A stretch of DNA of 64,000 nucleotides, taken from positions 800,001 through 864,000 of the forward strand of contig CAVOXA010000010.1 in NCBI GenBank assembly GCA_963700285.1, read 5' to 3'. This stretch comes from an uncultured Chloroflexia bacterium (GTDB lineage Bacteria; Chloroflexota; Anaerolineae; JAAYZQ01). The notes under the pieces were generated by a model. It searched no databases. It saw only the letters and a list, made by a program, of their open reading frames with translations, and was not told the DNA's origin. The translations under genes were made by a program, and so were the position numbers. Shown here piece by piece: positions 40,612 to 49,606 of the stretch. How positions within the stretch are numbered: the first letter of the stretch is position 1; each line of letters starts with the position of its first letter.

Positions 40612-43600
40612 AGGTGCACTCATTGTCGGCGGAAGCATGTCCGGCATCCAGGCGGCGCTCGATCTGGCCAACTCTGGGATACAGGTGCATCTGGTCGAGC
40701 CCTCACCCTTCCTGGGCAACGGCGACGCGATCTGGCAGCGCTGGGGTACGAGCGCCGCGAAGATGCAGACTGCCGATCCTGGGAGACGTGCCGCACCGCC
40801 AACCGTGCCCCAACATCTGTTGAATGCCCGCTTTCTGGAAGTAGCGAAACACGCCAATGTCACGGTATGGACGAACACTTGCATCAGCCGTGCCGGGGTG
40901 GAGGCGCATGGCTTTCATGTTGAACTGCGCCAATACCCTCGCTACGTGGATCTCACCAGGTGCACGGCCTGCATGGACTGCATCGAGGTCTGCCCGGTCA
41001 CGGTGCCAGGTACTGACCACAAAGCCATCTACCTGGCAGACGGCGCCCAACCGGGATGCGCGGTCATCGACAAGCAGGGCAAGGCCCCCTGTTCCAACAC
41101 TTGCCCAGGTGGCATCCATGTCCAGGGCTACGTGGCGCTGATCGCCCAGGGCCGGTTTCAGGAGGCCCTAGATCTGATCCGCCAGGCCATTCCCTTTCCC
41201 GGCATCTGCGGCCGGATCTGCACCCATCCTTGTGAACTCAACTGCCGCCGCGCGGAGGTCGACGAGGCGGTCTCTATCCGCCTGCTCAAGCGCTTCGTGG
41301 CTGACTGGGAACGCCAGCAGGCGGCTGGAGTCCGCGCATCAGAATGCGTCCGCGCATCAGAATGCGTCCGCGCATCAGAATGCGTCAGCCCAACAGGGGT
41401 AGAAGTCCCGAACCTGGAACCTGTCCTGAGTGAATCTGAAGGATCCCCAGTTCCCAATCGCCAACGCGTGGCCGTAATAGGTGCCGGACCTGCCGGCTTG
41501 GCCGTCGCCGATGATCTGGCCCGCAGGCAGTACAGCGTCACGGTCTTTGAGGCCCAGCCTGTGGTGGGTGGGATGATGACCATGGGCATTCCCTCCTACC
41601 GGCTACCCCGTGACGTGATCCAGCAGGAGGTCAAGAGGATCGAAAGCCGGGGTGTTGAGATCCGTCTTGATTCGCCCATCGGCCCCGAGGGTAAGCACAC
41701 GTTGGACGATCTACTGGAACAGGGCTATGAAGCTGTCTTTGTCGGCGTGGGCGCACACAAGAGCTACAGACTGAGGATCCCTGGCGAGGAACTGCGGGGG
41801 GTGGTTCCAGGCATCGAGCTGCTGAAGGCCATCAACCTGTCACACCAGACCAACGACGAGGACGCGCGCATCCGCTGGCAGATGAAGGTCCTCAGCTACC
41901 TGCTGGGCGGTGCAGCCACCCGGGTGGCCATCATCGGTGGGGGGAACACGGCCATGGACGTGGCCCGTTCCCTCAAGCGGTTGGGGATAGACGACGTCCG
42001 GGTGCTCTATCGTCGTACCCGGACCGAGATGCCGGCCATGCCTGAGGAGATCGAAGAGGCGGAACACGAGGGCGTGCCCATCGAGTTCCTCGTCTCACCA
42101 GTGCGGATCCTGGGCAGCGAACCGGGGTCTGGAGCGAATGGGGTCGAGGGCCGGGTGATGGGCCTCGAGTGTGTGCGTATGAAGCTGGGCGAGCCGGACC
42201 ACTCGGGCCGGCGCAGGCCCGTTCCCATTGCCGGCAGCGAGTTCACGTTGGAATTGGACATGGTGGTACCAGCCATTGGCCAGTCGCCCGATCTGACCTT
42301 CCTGGGGCAAGGGCATCGCTTTGCCATCACCCGCGAAGGTACCTTCAACATCGATCGGGTATCTTATATGACCAACCTGCCCGGAGTCTTTGCCGCCGGC
42401 GATGCCATTACCCAGCCGGTATCTGTGATCGATGCCATTGGTTCGGCCAAACAGGCAGCAGCGGGCATTGACGCCTACCTGCGCGGCATGGAGGCCGAGG
42501 AAGTACAGGTATCTGACCGTGAGATGCCCATCTCTCGACGGGTGCTGGCGCCTGAGGAGTTGGTACCCAAGCCACGTCACCCATCGCCCATGATCCCCAT
42601 GGCCCGACGCCTGCGCAGTCACTCCGAGGTAGAACTGGGCTACAACGTGGCCGAGCCAGACGGGGTGGAGATGGCCGTCGCGGAGGCCCAACGGTGTCTC
42701 ATGTGCGGCCCCTGCTCCGAGTGTCTTGCCTGCGAGGCAGTCTGCGAGCCAAAGGCGATCCGCCATGACGATCATGAGCACTTTGAGCAGTTGGAGGTCG
42801 GCGCAGTCATCTGGGCAGACTATACGGATCCATTCTCCTTGGGGTTCAGGCCAGATGACCACGCTGCATCAGTGGACGGAGCGATGTCGGGTGGGGATTG
42901 GGGCCGGTGCCAAGACAACAGAGATGGCCATCCAGGCTTCTATCGGGTGGATCCGGGCGACCCCCTGGCCGGCTCGGCAGCAGCGGCGCGGGCGATGCTA
43001 GAGTTATTCGGCGAGCGACGGCATGCCGGACGTCAGGAACCCATGGTGAGCGCTGCAGGGACGGCCAGAATCGGAGTTTTTATCTGCCAATGCAACGGCC
43101 AGATCTCGGACATCGTGAATACGGCCTCACTTGAGGCCCAGGCCGGGATGTGGGAGGGCGTAGCCTACACCGATACGCTGGCCCAATCGTGCTCGCAGGA
43201 GGCGGCCGATGCCATCTACCAGGCCGTGACCGATCACGATCTGAACCATGTGGTGCTGGCCGCCTGCTCATGCTGCGCCGTGGATCAGGTCTGCTATAGC
43301 TGTACCTACCAGCGGGTGCGTTGCAAGGACAATCTGCTGGGGCGACATTTCGACCGCGGCAACCCATTATTTGAGTTCGTGAACATCCGGGAGCAGTGTG
43401 CGTGGATCCACGAAAACGATCCCCGGACTGCTACGGCTGCGGCCACGGCCATGGTCGCGGCTGCCGTTGCCAATACTCGGCTTTCGGTCGTGCGGCCCCG
43501 GGCATCGCTGCCTCTGGACAAGATGGTTCTGATCCTGGGCAACGGGCCGGCTGCGAACATTTGCCAGGACGCGCTGTCAAATCAGCAGATCCAGGCCCTG

Positions 43601-44185
43601 TGGCTGAGGACCCTACCCGGGCAGATCCGGCAGACGCCGAGTCACTTTACGGCGGTCCATAACAGCTCGCGGCTGGAACATGGATCGGCCCTGGTACTGG
43701 CCCCACGAGATGCCAGAGAGCAGGATCAGATCAACAAAGCCTTTGACACCGCAGGCCGCCAGCCGCGCAGCCGGCGCGATTGGGGCAGCGCTGATACCCA
43801 CCGGCCTGGCGTGTTCTTCTGTGATCCAACGGTGGATGCCATGATTGTCGGTATGGCCGTCGCAGCACGGACTGCAGCCTGGTTGGGCTCAGAACGTTCC
43901 TGGCCCAGAGCCATGGCCGCCCTGGTCGACCCCGATCGCTGCCGCGGCTGTGGGGACTGTGAATTGGTTTGTGAATATGGCGCTATACAACTGCAGCCAA
44001 TCCCGCATAGGCCTATCAGCGTTGCTTCAACCGGGCACGGAGAGATAGAGTATGTAGCCTGGATCGATCCCGCCATCTGCCAGGGCGAGGGCATCTGTGC
44101 CGTTCGCTGTCCGGCAGGAGCCATTTCCACAGGGCACCTCACCGGCGAGCAGATCGAGGCCATGCTGGAGGCTATGCTATCTTGA
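40604..44185 (+). CDS. HdrA-like/GltD(NfnB)-like fusion flavoprotein (HdrL-type) with degenerate HdrA parts
   Basis: GIQAALDLA; ferredoxin motifs; APCSNTCP..CGRICTHPCE; IGAGPAG; IGGGNTA; GVFAAGD; IGVFICQC; NIREQCAW; C-terminal ferredoxin. TTG start after GGAGG. Confidence 0.85.
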   Translation: MSKGALIVGGSMSGIQAALDLANSGIQVHLVEPSPFLGNGDAIWQRWGTSAAKMQTADPGRRAAPPTVPQHLLNARFLEVAKHANVTVWTNTCISRAGVEAHGFHVELRQYPRYVDLTRCTACMDCIEVCPVTVPGTDHKAIYLADGAQPGCAVIDKQGKAPCSNTCPGGIHVQGYVALIAQGRFQEALDLIRQAIPFPGICGRICTHPCELNCRRAEVDEAVSIRLLKRFVADWERQQAAGVRASECVRASECVRASECVSPTGVEVPNLEPVLSESEGSPVPNRQRVAVIGAGPAGLAVADDLARRQYSVTVFEAQPVVGGMMTMGIPSYRLPRDVIQQEVKRIESRGVEIRLDSPIGPEGKHTLDDLLEQGYEAVFVGVGAHKSYRLRIPGEELRGVVPGIELLKAINLSHQTNDEDARIRWQMKVLSYLLGGAATRVAIIGGGNTAMDVARSLKRLGIDDVRVLYRRTRTEMPAMPEEIEEAEHEGVPIEFLVSPVRILGSEPGSGANGVEGRVMGLECVRMKLGEPDHSGRRRPVPIAGSEFTLELDMVVPAIGQSPDLTFLGQGHRFAITREGTFNIDRVSYMTNLPGVFAAGDAITQPVSVIDAIGSAKQAAAGIDAYLRGMEAEEVQVSDREMPISRRVLAPEELVPKPRHPSPMIPMARRLRSHSEVELGYNVAEPDGVEMAVAEAQRCLMCGPCSECLACEAVCEPKAIRHDDHEHFEQLEVGAVIWADYTDPFSLGFRPDDHAASVDGAMSGGDWGRCQDNRDGHPGFYRVDPGDPLAGSAAAARAMLELFGERRHAGRQEPMVSAAGTARIGVFICQCNGQISDIVNTASLEAQAGMWEGVAYTDTLAQSCSQEAADAIYQAVTDHDLNHVVLAACSCCAVDQVCYSCTYQRVRCKDNLLGRHFDRGNPLFEFVNIREQCAWIHENDPRTATAAATAMVAAAVANTRLSVVRPRASLPLDKMVLILGNGPAANICQDALSNQQIQALWLRTLPGQIRQTPSHFTAVHNSSRLEHGSALVLAPRDAREQDQINKAFDTAGRQPRSRRDWGSADTHRPGVFFCDPTVDAMIVGMAVAARTAAWLGSERSWPRAMAALVDPDRCRGCGDCELVCEYGAIQLQPIPHRPISVASTGHGEIEYVAWIDPAICQGEGICAVRCPAGAISTGHLTGEQIEAMLEAMLS
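41330..41386 (+). repeat. In-frame 18-bp tandem repeat x3 (VRASEC)
   Basis: gtccgcgcatcagaatgc repeated three times exactly. Confidence 0.95.
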
Positions 44186-44212
44186 GGTCATCGGAGCAAT
44201 GAGGAACGGCGA

Positions 44213-44617
44213 ATGACGGACACTGAAACGCGCATTGTCATCTTTACCTGCAACTGGAACGCCCACGAGAGCCTGCAGGACGCGGGTCAGCGCCATCTTC
44301 ACTTCCCCTCGGGGGTGATGCCGCTCAAAGTAGACTGCCTGGGGCAGCTCGGTGCCAGCGCGGTCCTGAGAGCATTCGAAAAGGGCGCCGATGGCGTCAT
44401 GCTGGTTGGTTGCCCACCTGAAGAGTGCCACTATGAGTTTGGCAGCCGGCGGGCGATGGAGCTTTTCGACCAAGTCCGAGAATTGGCCAAATTGCTGGGA
44501 TTCGGTGAGGAACGATTGGAACTTGTCCAGGTGTCCGCAGGTGGAGGTGAGGCATTGACCGAGAAGGTACGCCTCTTTGTCAAAGGCGTGTCCGCCAGGA
44601 ACGGGGCTGGGCGGTAG
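44213..44617 (+). CDS. mvhD: MvhD/FlpD-like [2Fe-2S] subunit
   Basis: FTCNW, CLGQ, GADGV..GC...CHY. Confidence 0.85.
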   Translation: MTDTETRIVIFTCNWNAHESLQDAGQRHLHFPSGVMPLKVDCLGQLGASAVLRAFEKGADGVMLVGCPPEECHYEFGSRRAMELFDQVRELAKLLGFGEERLELVQVSAGGGEALTEKVRLFVKGVSARNGAGR

Positions 44618-44666
44618 GCCTGGTACGCCGGCTCTCCCACCAAGCCAAGGAGAGAATCACTCTTTC

Positions 44667-45815
44667 ATGAATTATCAGTCTATCGTTCAGAGGACACGCG
44701 CCTATCTGTGCCTAGATTGCGGCAAATGTACCGGCAGTTGCCCTTTGGCCCGGGTCGATCTGGAGTATTCGCCACGTCGCCTCGTCGAGCGAGTGGTCTT
44801 TGGCGAAGCCGAAGCCGTGATAGCCGATCCTCATCTGTGGAGCTGCATGACTTGCGGGTTGTGCAGTACCCGGTGCCCGTCGGACGTGGACTTTTCGCGG
44901 TTTATCATTGAACTGCGGTCCGAGGCCCTCCAGGCTGGCGAGCGGGGCACCTATGCCCACGACGGCGTCCTGCAAGAGGTTATGCGCCTCCAGACGAAGA
45001 ATGCTCACCAGGAGCGGACCGGCTGGCTCTCGGATGATATGCAAGTAGCGGAGGAAGGCGAGTACCTGTACTTTGTGGGCTGCCTGCCCTTCTTTGATGT
45101 TGTCTTTGCCGACCTGGACGTTAAGGCCCTGGACATCGCTCGCAGTGCGGTGCGGCTTCTGAATAAAGCCGGGATCGCTCCCATCATCAGCAACGAGGAA
45201 CGATGCTGCGGCGCAGATCTGCTGCTGGCGGGAGATGCAGACAGCTTTGGGCGCCTGGCAGAACTCAATGTTGAGGCTATCAAGGCCACCGGTGCGAAGA
45301 AGGTTATCTTTACCTGTGCCGAGTGCTACAACGCTTTCCGGACCGATTACCCAGCGTACGTGGGCGCGTTGCCCTTCGAGATGATGCATCTCACCGAACT
45401 GTTGGCGGAGAAGATCAGGGCTGGAGATCTCACGTTCGAGCCGCTGCCTGGATTGGTAACCTACCACGATCCCTGCCGCATGGGGCGCTACCTGGAGGTC
45501 TACGATCCACCGCGAGAAGTCATCAATGCCATCCCCGAGCTAAAGTTGGTTGAGATGGAGGACAATCGCGAGCGGGCGATGTGCTGTGGCTCTACGGCGT
45601 GGATCAACTGCAGCGGCTGCGCCAAGCTGATCCAAAAAGAGAAGCTGCGCCAGGCCGGGCAGACGGGGGCTGGGGTGATGTTGACGACCTGTCCCAAGTG
45701 CCAAATTCATTTGTCCTGTGCGGCGCGTGATCTGAAGGCTGCTGGCTCTGGAGAGCCGGCACAGGTGGTGGAAGTCGAGGACCTGGTAAGCTGGATTGGA
45801 CAGGCGTTAAGGTGA
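44667..45815 (+). CDS. HdrD-like Fe-S oxidoreductase (HdrC ferredoxin plus two CCG domains)
   Basis: CLDCGKCTGSCP, CMTCGLCSTRCP, YFVGC, CCG twice, YHDPC. Confidence 0.9.
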   Translation: MNYQSIVQRTRAYLCLDCGKCTGSCPLARVDLEYSPRRLVERVVFGEAEAVIADPHLWSCMTCGLCSTRCPSDVDFSRFIIELRSEALQAGERGTYAHDGVLQEVMRLQTKNAHQERTGWLSDDMQVAEEGEYLYFVGCLPFFDVVFADLDVKALDIARSAVRLLNKAGIAPIISNEERCCGADLLLAGDADSFGRLAELNVEAIKATGAKKVIFTCAECYNAFRTDYPAYVGALPFEMMHLTELLAEKIRAGDLTFEPLPGLVTYHDPCRMGRYLEVYDPPREVINAIPELKLVEMEDNRERAMCCGSTAWINCSGCAKLIQKEKLRQAGQTGAGVMLTTCPKCQIHLSCAARDLKAAGSGEPAQVVEVEDLVSWIGQALR

Positions 45816-45909
45816 TGGAAAGCAGACAAGGATGGAGTGGCTGGCAGCCAGTCATCCTTTCCTGGGCAGCACCATGCGTACCGGGATCCCAGCGGTCAAG
45901 GGAGAATTG

Positions 45910-47238
45910 ATGGAACGAAACATTGTCGTGATCGGCATGGGCTACGTCGGCATTCCAGCGGCAGCGCTGCTGGCCGATGTACCAGGACACATTGTCACCG
46001 GTATCCAGCGGCGATCGCGTCGATCTGGTTGGAAGATCGACTGGATCAACGACGGCAAGAACCCCTTTGAGGGTGACGAACCGGGCATGGACGAGCTGAT
46101 CGCCCGGGTGGTTTTGCAAAAAAAGACCTTTCGAGTGACAGATGATTTTGCGGTCTGCAAGGACGCTGACGTCATCCTCATTGACGTCCAGACACCGACC
46201 AACACGGAGCGCATCCCCGAATACCTCAGCCTGCGCACAGTCAGCGCCCAGGCCGCCAATTACCTGCAGCCCGGGACGCTGGTGGTGATCGAGTCTACCG
46301 TGGCCCCCGGTACTACCGAGCACGTAGTCAAACCGATCCTGGAAGAGGGCTCGAGTCTGCAGTGTGGTACAGATTTTCACCTGGCCTTTTCCTACGAACG
46401 GGTTATGCCCGGCAAGTTGCTGGAGTATATCGTCGACTTTCCGCGGGTGGTGGGCGGCATTGACGAGGAAAGCACCCGTCGGGCGGTAGCATTGTACAAA
46501 ACGATCGTCCGCAAAGAGATCACGCCTGCCAGCGTGCTGACGGCGGAATTGGCCAAGACGATGGAAAACGCGTATCGCGACGTCAACATTGCCTTTGCCA
46601 ACGAGATGGCACGGATCTGCGAGGCGATGGGCGTAGACGTCTATGAGATACGAGAACTGATGAACGCCAGGCATGACCGGCACATGCACCTGGCAGGCGC
46701 CGGGGTGGGAGGCCACTGTCTGCCCAAAGACCCCTGGCTGCTCAAGTTCGGCGTGGATACCTACGGAGAGTACCCGGTGCCCTTGCGCATGATTGCCCTG
46801 GCCCGCGAGATCAACGATGAGATGCCCTTTCACCTGGCGGACCTGACTGTAGAAGCGCTGGCCGGGCAAGGCGTTGACCTGGACGAGGCCAAGATCACGG
46901 TACTCGGGGTGGCCTACCTTGAGGACTCGGACGATACCCGAAACACACCTGCAATAGCCGTGATCGACGCCCTCCAAGAGAAATGCGCCAGCGTAGTTGC
47001 CCACGATCCGTTTGTGCGGCATTTGGATGGCTATGAACTGACCCGTGACCTGGAGATGGCGTTGGCTGGCGCCGACGCAGCGGTCGTTGTCACCAAGCAC
47101 CGGCATTACTTTGATCTAGATCTGAACTGGCTCAGGGAAACGATGCGCACGCCCGTATTGATTGACGGCAGGAACGTCTTTGAGGCAACGGCAGTTCGAG
47201 AAGCTGGCCTCACTTACAGGGCCATTGGAAAAGCATGA
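45910..47238 (+). CDS. wecC: Nucleotide-sugar dehydrogenase (UDP-ManNAc dehydrogenase-like)
   Basis: IGMGYVG, IESTVAPG, ERVMPG, ENAYRDVNIAFANE, GGHCLPKD. Confidence 0.88.
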   Translation: MERNIVVIGMGYVGIPAAALLADVPGHIVTGIQRRSRRSGWKIDWINDGKNPFEGDEPGMDELIARVVLQKKTFRVTDDFAVCKDADVILIDVQTPTNTERIPEYLSLRTVSAQAANYLQPGTLVVIESTVAPGTTEHVVKPILEEGSSLQCGTDFHLAFSYERVMPGKLLEYIVDFPRVVGGIDEESTRRAVALYKTIVRKEITPASVLTAELAKTMENAYRDVNIAFANEMARICEAMGVDVYEIRELMNARHDRHMHLAGAGVGGHCLPKDPWLLKFGVDTYGEYPVPLRMIALAREINDEMPFHLADLTVEALAGQGVDLDEAKITVLGVAYLEDSDDTRNTPAIAVIDALQEKCASVVAHDPFVRHLDGYELTRDLEMALAGADAAVVVTKHRHYFDLDLNWLRETMRTPVLIDGRNVFEATAVREAGLTYRAIGKA

Positions 47239-47303
47239 TCTCAGAGTGCGATCGTTGTGTCGTCAGAGGGCTGGACGCGCGAGCGCTCTGAATAGGAACA
47301 CCG

Positions 47304-49022
47304 ATGCCATCTGGCCGGTCTGATTCGTGGCCAATTCAAGTCGCCGCCCCGGCTTTCCTGGGAAGCACTGCCCAGCAAGCCGCGCTCCTGCTGCGCGCCG
47401 CGGGAAGTGGCTTCTATGTCTGCGCGCCCGAGAACGGACCGGCCAAGTTGGTGGTCTCGCACAATCTGAGCGGAATACCCTGGGATGAGGCGCTGCCTGA
47501 GCGCGTAATAGAGTCCCGGGAAGCCGTTTTGGAAACGCACGTGGGCCGGCCGCCTGCGTTGGCCGTGCCTGCTATCTGGGGGGACATGGTGCGGGGCGTG
47601 CTCGTAGTGTTTGACGACACGCCGGACCGTACCTTTGACGAGCAGGACGTCGTTCTGCTCCAGCCGCTCGCCGACCTGGCAGCGACCATGCTTCGCCAGG
47701 CCGAGCGGCTGGCGAGGATGACGGCCCAATTCCGCGCTCTGCACGTGATCGACGTTGCGCTCACCTCCAGCGTGCATCTGGATCGTGTGCTGAGCTTGAT
47801 CCTGGACAAGGCGGTGGGATTGGTTGGCGCCGAGCATGGTTCGTTGCGTTTGCTCAACCCCGAAACCGGAGAGCTGGTACTGAAAGCCTACGTCGGCGAG
47901 GGCTGGACGCCGGAGGTAAGAGGCTACACTTTCCCCATCGGTCACGGGATCACAGGCTTGGTCGCACAGGAGCGCACACCATACCTCAGTCCCGACCTGC
48001 GCCAGGATCCGCAGAACGTCGTACTCTTTGACGAGATGCGCTCGGGCGTGGCAGTGCCCTTGCTGGTCGGCGATGGAGAATCGCACGAGCGCAAAGAACT
48101 GCTCGGCGTGCTGCTATTGGAGAGTACCCGTCGTGCCGCCTTTGACCGGCATGATGTCGAGTTGTTGCAAGCCCTGGCCCAGGAGGCCGTGATCGCCATC
48201 CAGAACGCCACCCAGCGTCAGAAGCTTCAATTGATGCACCAGACACTGCAGGACGAGCAGGAGCGACGGGTGGCTGCCGAAAAATGGACCGTCATGGGCC
48301 AGGCAGCCACGGCTCTGGCCCACCGCATCAACAACCTGATCGGCATTGTGCCCGCCAGCGCTGGTGAGATCCGCCGCACCCTGAGCGAGTTGCAGATGCC
48401 CCAAACCGACAGGGAGTGGATCGAAGCCAACCTGGACCGTATTCAGCGCAACAGCCATTTCGTGCTAAGGCTGGCCGATGCCTTGTTCCGGCCCTTTCAA
48501 GAGACCGGCCCGAGAGCGCGGTTCGATGTCAATAGGTTGCTGAACGAGGCCCTCCAGGCAGCCCACCTGAGCCCGGCCGGGCCCGGCGAACCCAGTCCCG
48601 TGGGCGCAAATGTTGAGGTACACGTCCTCCAGGACTATGCTCAGGCTCTGCCGGAAGTGGAGAGCAATTCGTTGCTGGTCGACGTCTTTTTGGAACTGAT
48701 CACCAACGCTCAGAAGGCGATGGAGGGCCAGCCGCGGAAGTGGTTGGAGCTTGGAACCCGGCTGGAACGGGATGAGGCCGGTTCCTGGGTCGTAGCCGAA
48801 GTGAGCGACACGGGGATCGGATTCACACCGGAACAGATGGTCCATCTGTGGGACATGTTCCAGCAAAGTACCGACGGGCTGGGGTTTGGTCTGTGGTGGG
48901 TGCGAACTTTTATCGAGCAGCAAGGCGGCACCATCGCTTGTGACAGCAGGCCGGGTGCAGGTGCCACTTTTACCGTGCGCTTGCCCTCGGTTTCCGACGG
49001 CGAGCACGAAAAGGCAAAGTAG
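47304..49022 (+). CDS. GAF-domain sensor histidine kinase
   Basis: Two GAF-like domains; LAHRINN H-box; ELITNA; DTGIG; GATFTVRLP. Confidence 0.9.
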   Translation: MPSGRSDSWPIQVAAPAFLGSTAQQAALLLRAAGSGFYVCAPENGPAKLVVSHNLSGIPWDEALPERVIESREAVLETHVGRPPALAVPAIWGDMVRGVLVVFDDTPDRTFDEQDVVLLQPLADLAATMLRQAERLARMTAQFRALHVIDVALTSSVHLDRVLSLILDKAVGLVGAEHGSLRLLNPETGELVLKAYVGEGWTPEVRGYTFPIGHGITGLVAQERTPYLSPDLRQDPQNVVLFDEMRSGVAVPLLVGDGESHERKELLGVLLLESTRRAAFDRHDVELLQALAQEAVIAIQNATQRQKLQLMHQTLQDEQERRVAAEKWTVMGQAATALAHRINNLIGIVPASAGEIRRTLSELQMPQTDREWIEANLDRIQRNSHFVLRLADALFRPFQETGPRARFDVNRLLNEALQAAHLSPAGPGEPSPVGANVEVHVLQDYAQALPEVESNSLLVDVFLELITNAQKAMEGQPRKWLELGTRLERDEAGSWVVAEVSDTGIGFTPEQMVHLWDMFQQSTDGLGFGLWWVRTFIEQQGGTIACDSRPGAGATFTVRLPSVSDGEHEKAK

Positions 49023-49037
49023 GGAGCAAAGCAGGTT

Positions 49038-49508
49038 ATGCGAGGCAAAATCCTGATTGTCGAAGATTTCGCAGACTGGCGAGAGCTGCTGAGCGGCTTG
49101 CTACAGCGCGAAGGCCATGAGACCCAGGCCGTGGACACGCTCCAGGAGGCGCAGGACTATCTTGACCACACCAAGGACCTGGATCTGGCGATCCTGGACA
49201 TCCGGCTGGTCGAGACCGACGAGAGCAACCAGGACGGAATGCGCTTGCTGGCTGAGATCCAGGGACGAAGAGACGCTACCAAGGTGATCATGATCACCGG
49301 TCACGGGACCATGGAGACCCAGCGACGGGCCTTCCGGGAGTACCATGCCTTTGACTTTTTCCGCAAAGAACAGTTCGACTCGGAGGAATTCAGGCAGACC
49401 GTGCACGAAGCGGTCGACCAGGCCGCCCGTGAGCGAAGCACAGTCAAGGAGACGGACTATATGCGTGGCCACCGCTACGAGACGTGGCAGCGCGAAAAAG
49501 ATGGCTAG
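49038..49508 (+). CDS. Single-domain response regulator
   Basis: ILIVED, LAILDI, IMITG, FFRK. Confidence 0.92.
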   Translation: MRGKILIVEDFADWRELLSGLLQREGHETQAVDTLQEAQDYLDHTKDLDLAILDIRLVETDESNQDGMRLLAEIQGRRDATKVIMITGHGTMETQRRAFREYHAFDFFRKEQFDSEEFRQTVHEAVDQAARERSTVKETDYMRGHRYETWQREKDG

Positions 49509-49606
49509 CAAGCAGGACGAATCCCAGAGACGCGTGGCAGTGCTCAGCCGGCCCGTTGTAGGAAACGCTGAGCGCTGAACGCTGACCGCTTCCAAGGAGG
49601 AAAAAG

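Noticed and set aside
41330-41386. Repeat as a CRISPR array
   Set aside because: Contiguous 18-bp units without spacers, in frame within a CDS, and no cas genes.
49564-49590. CGCTGA-type short repeats upstream of hdrA as an operator
   Set aside because: Resembles generic heptamer-like intergenic repeats; no specific evidence of a regulatory role.
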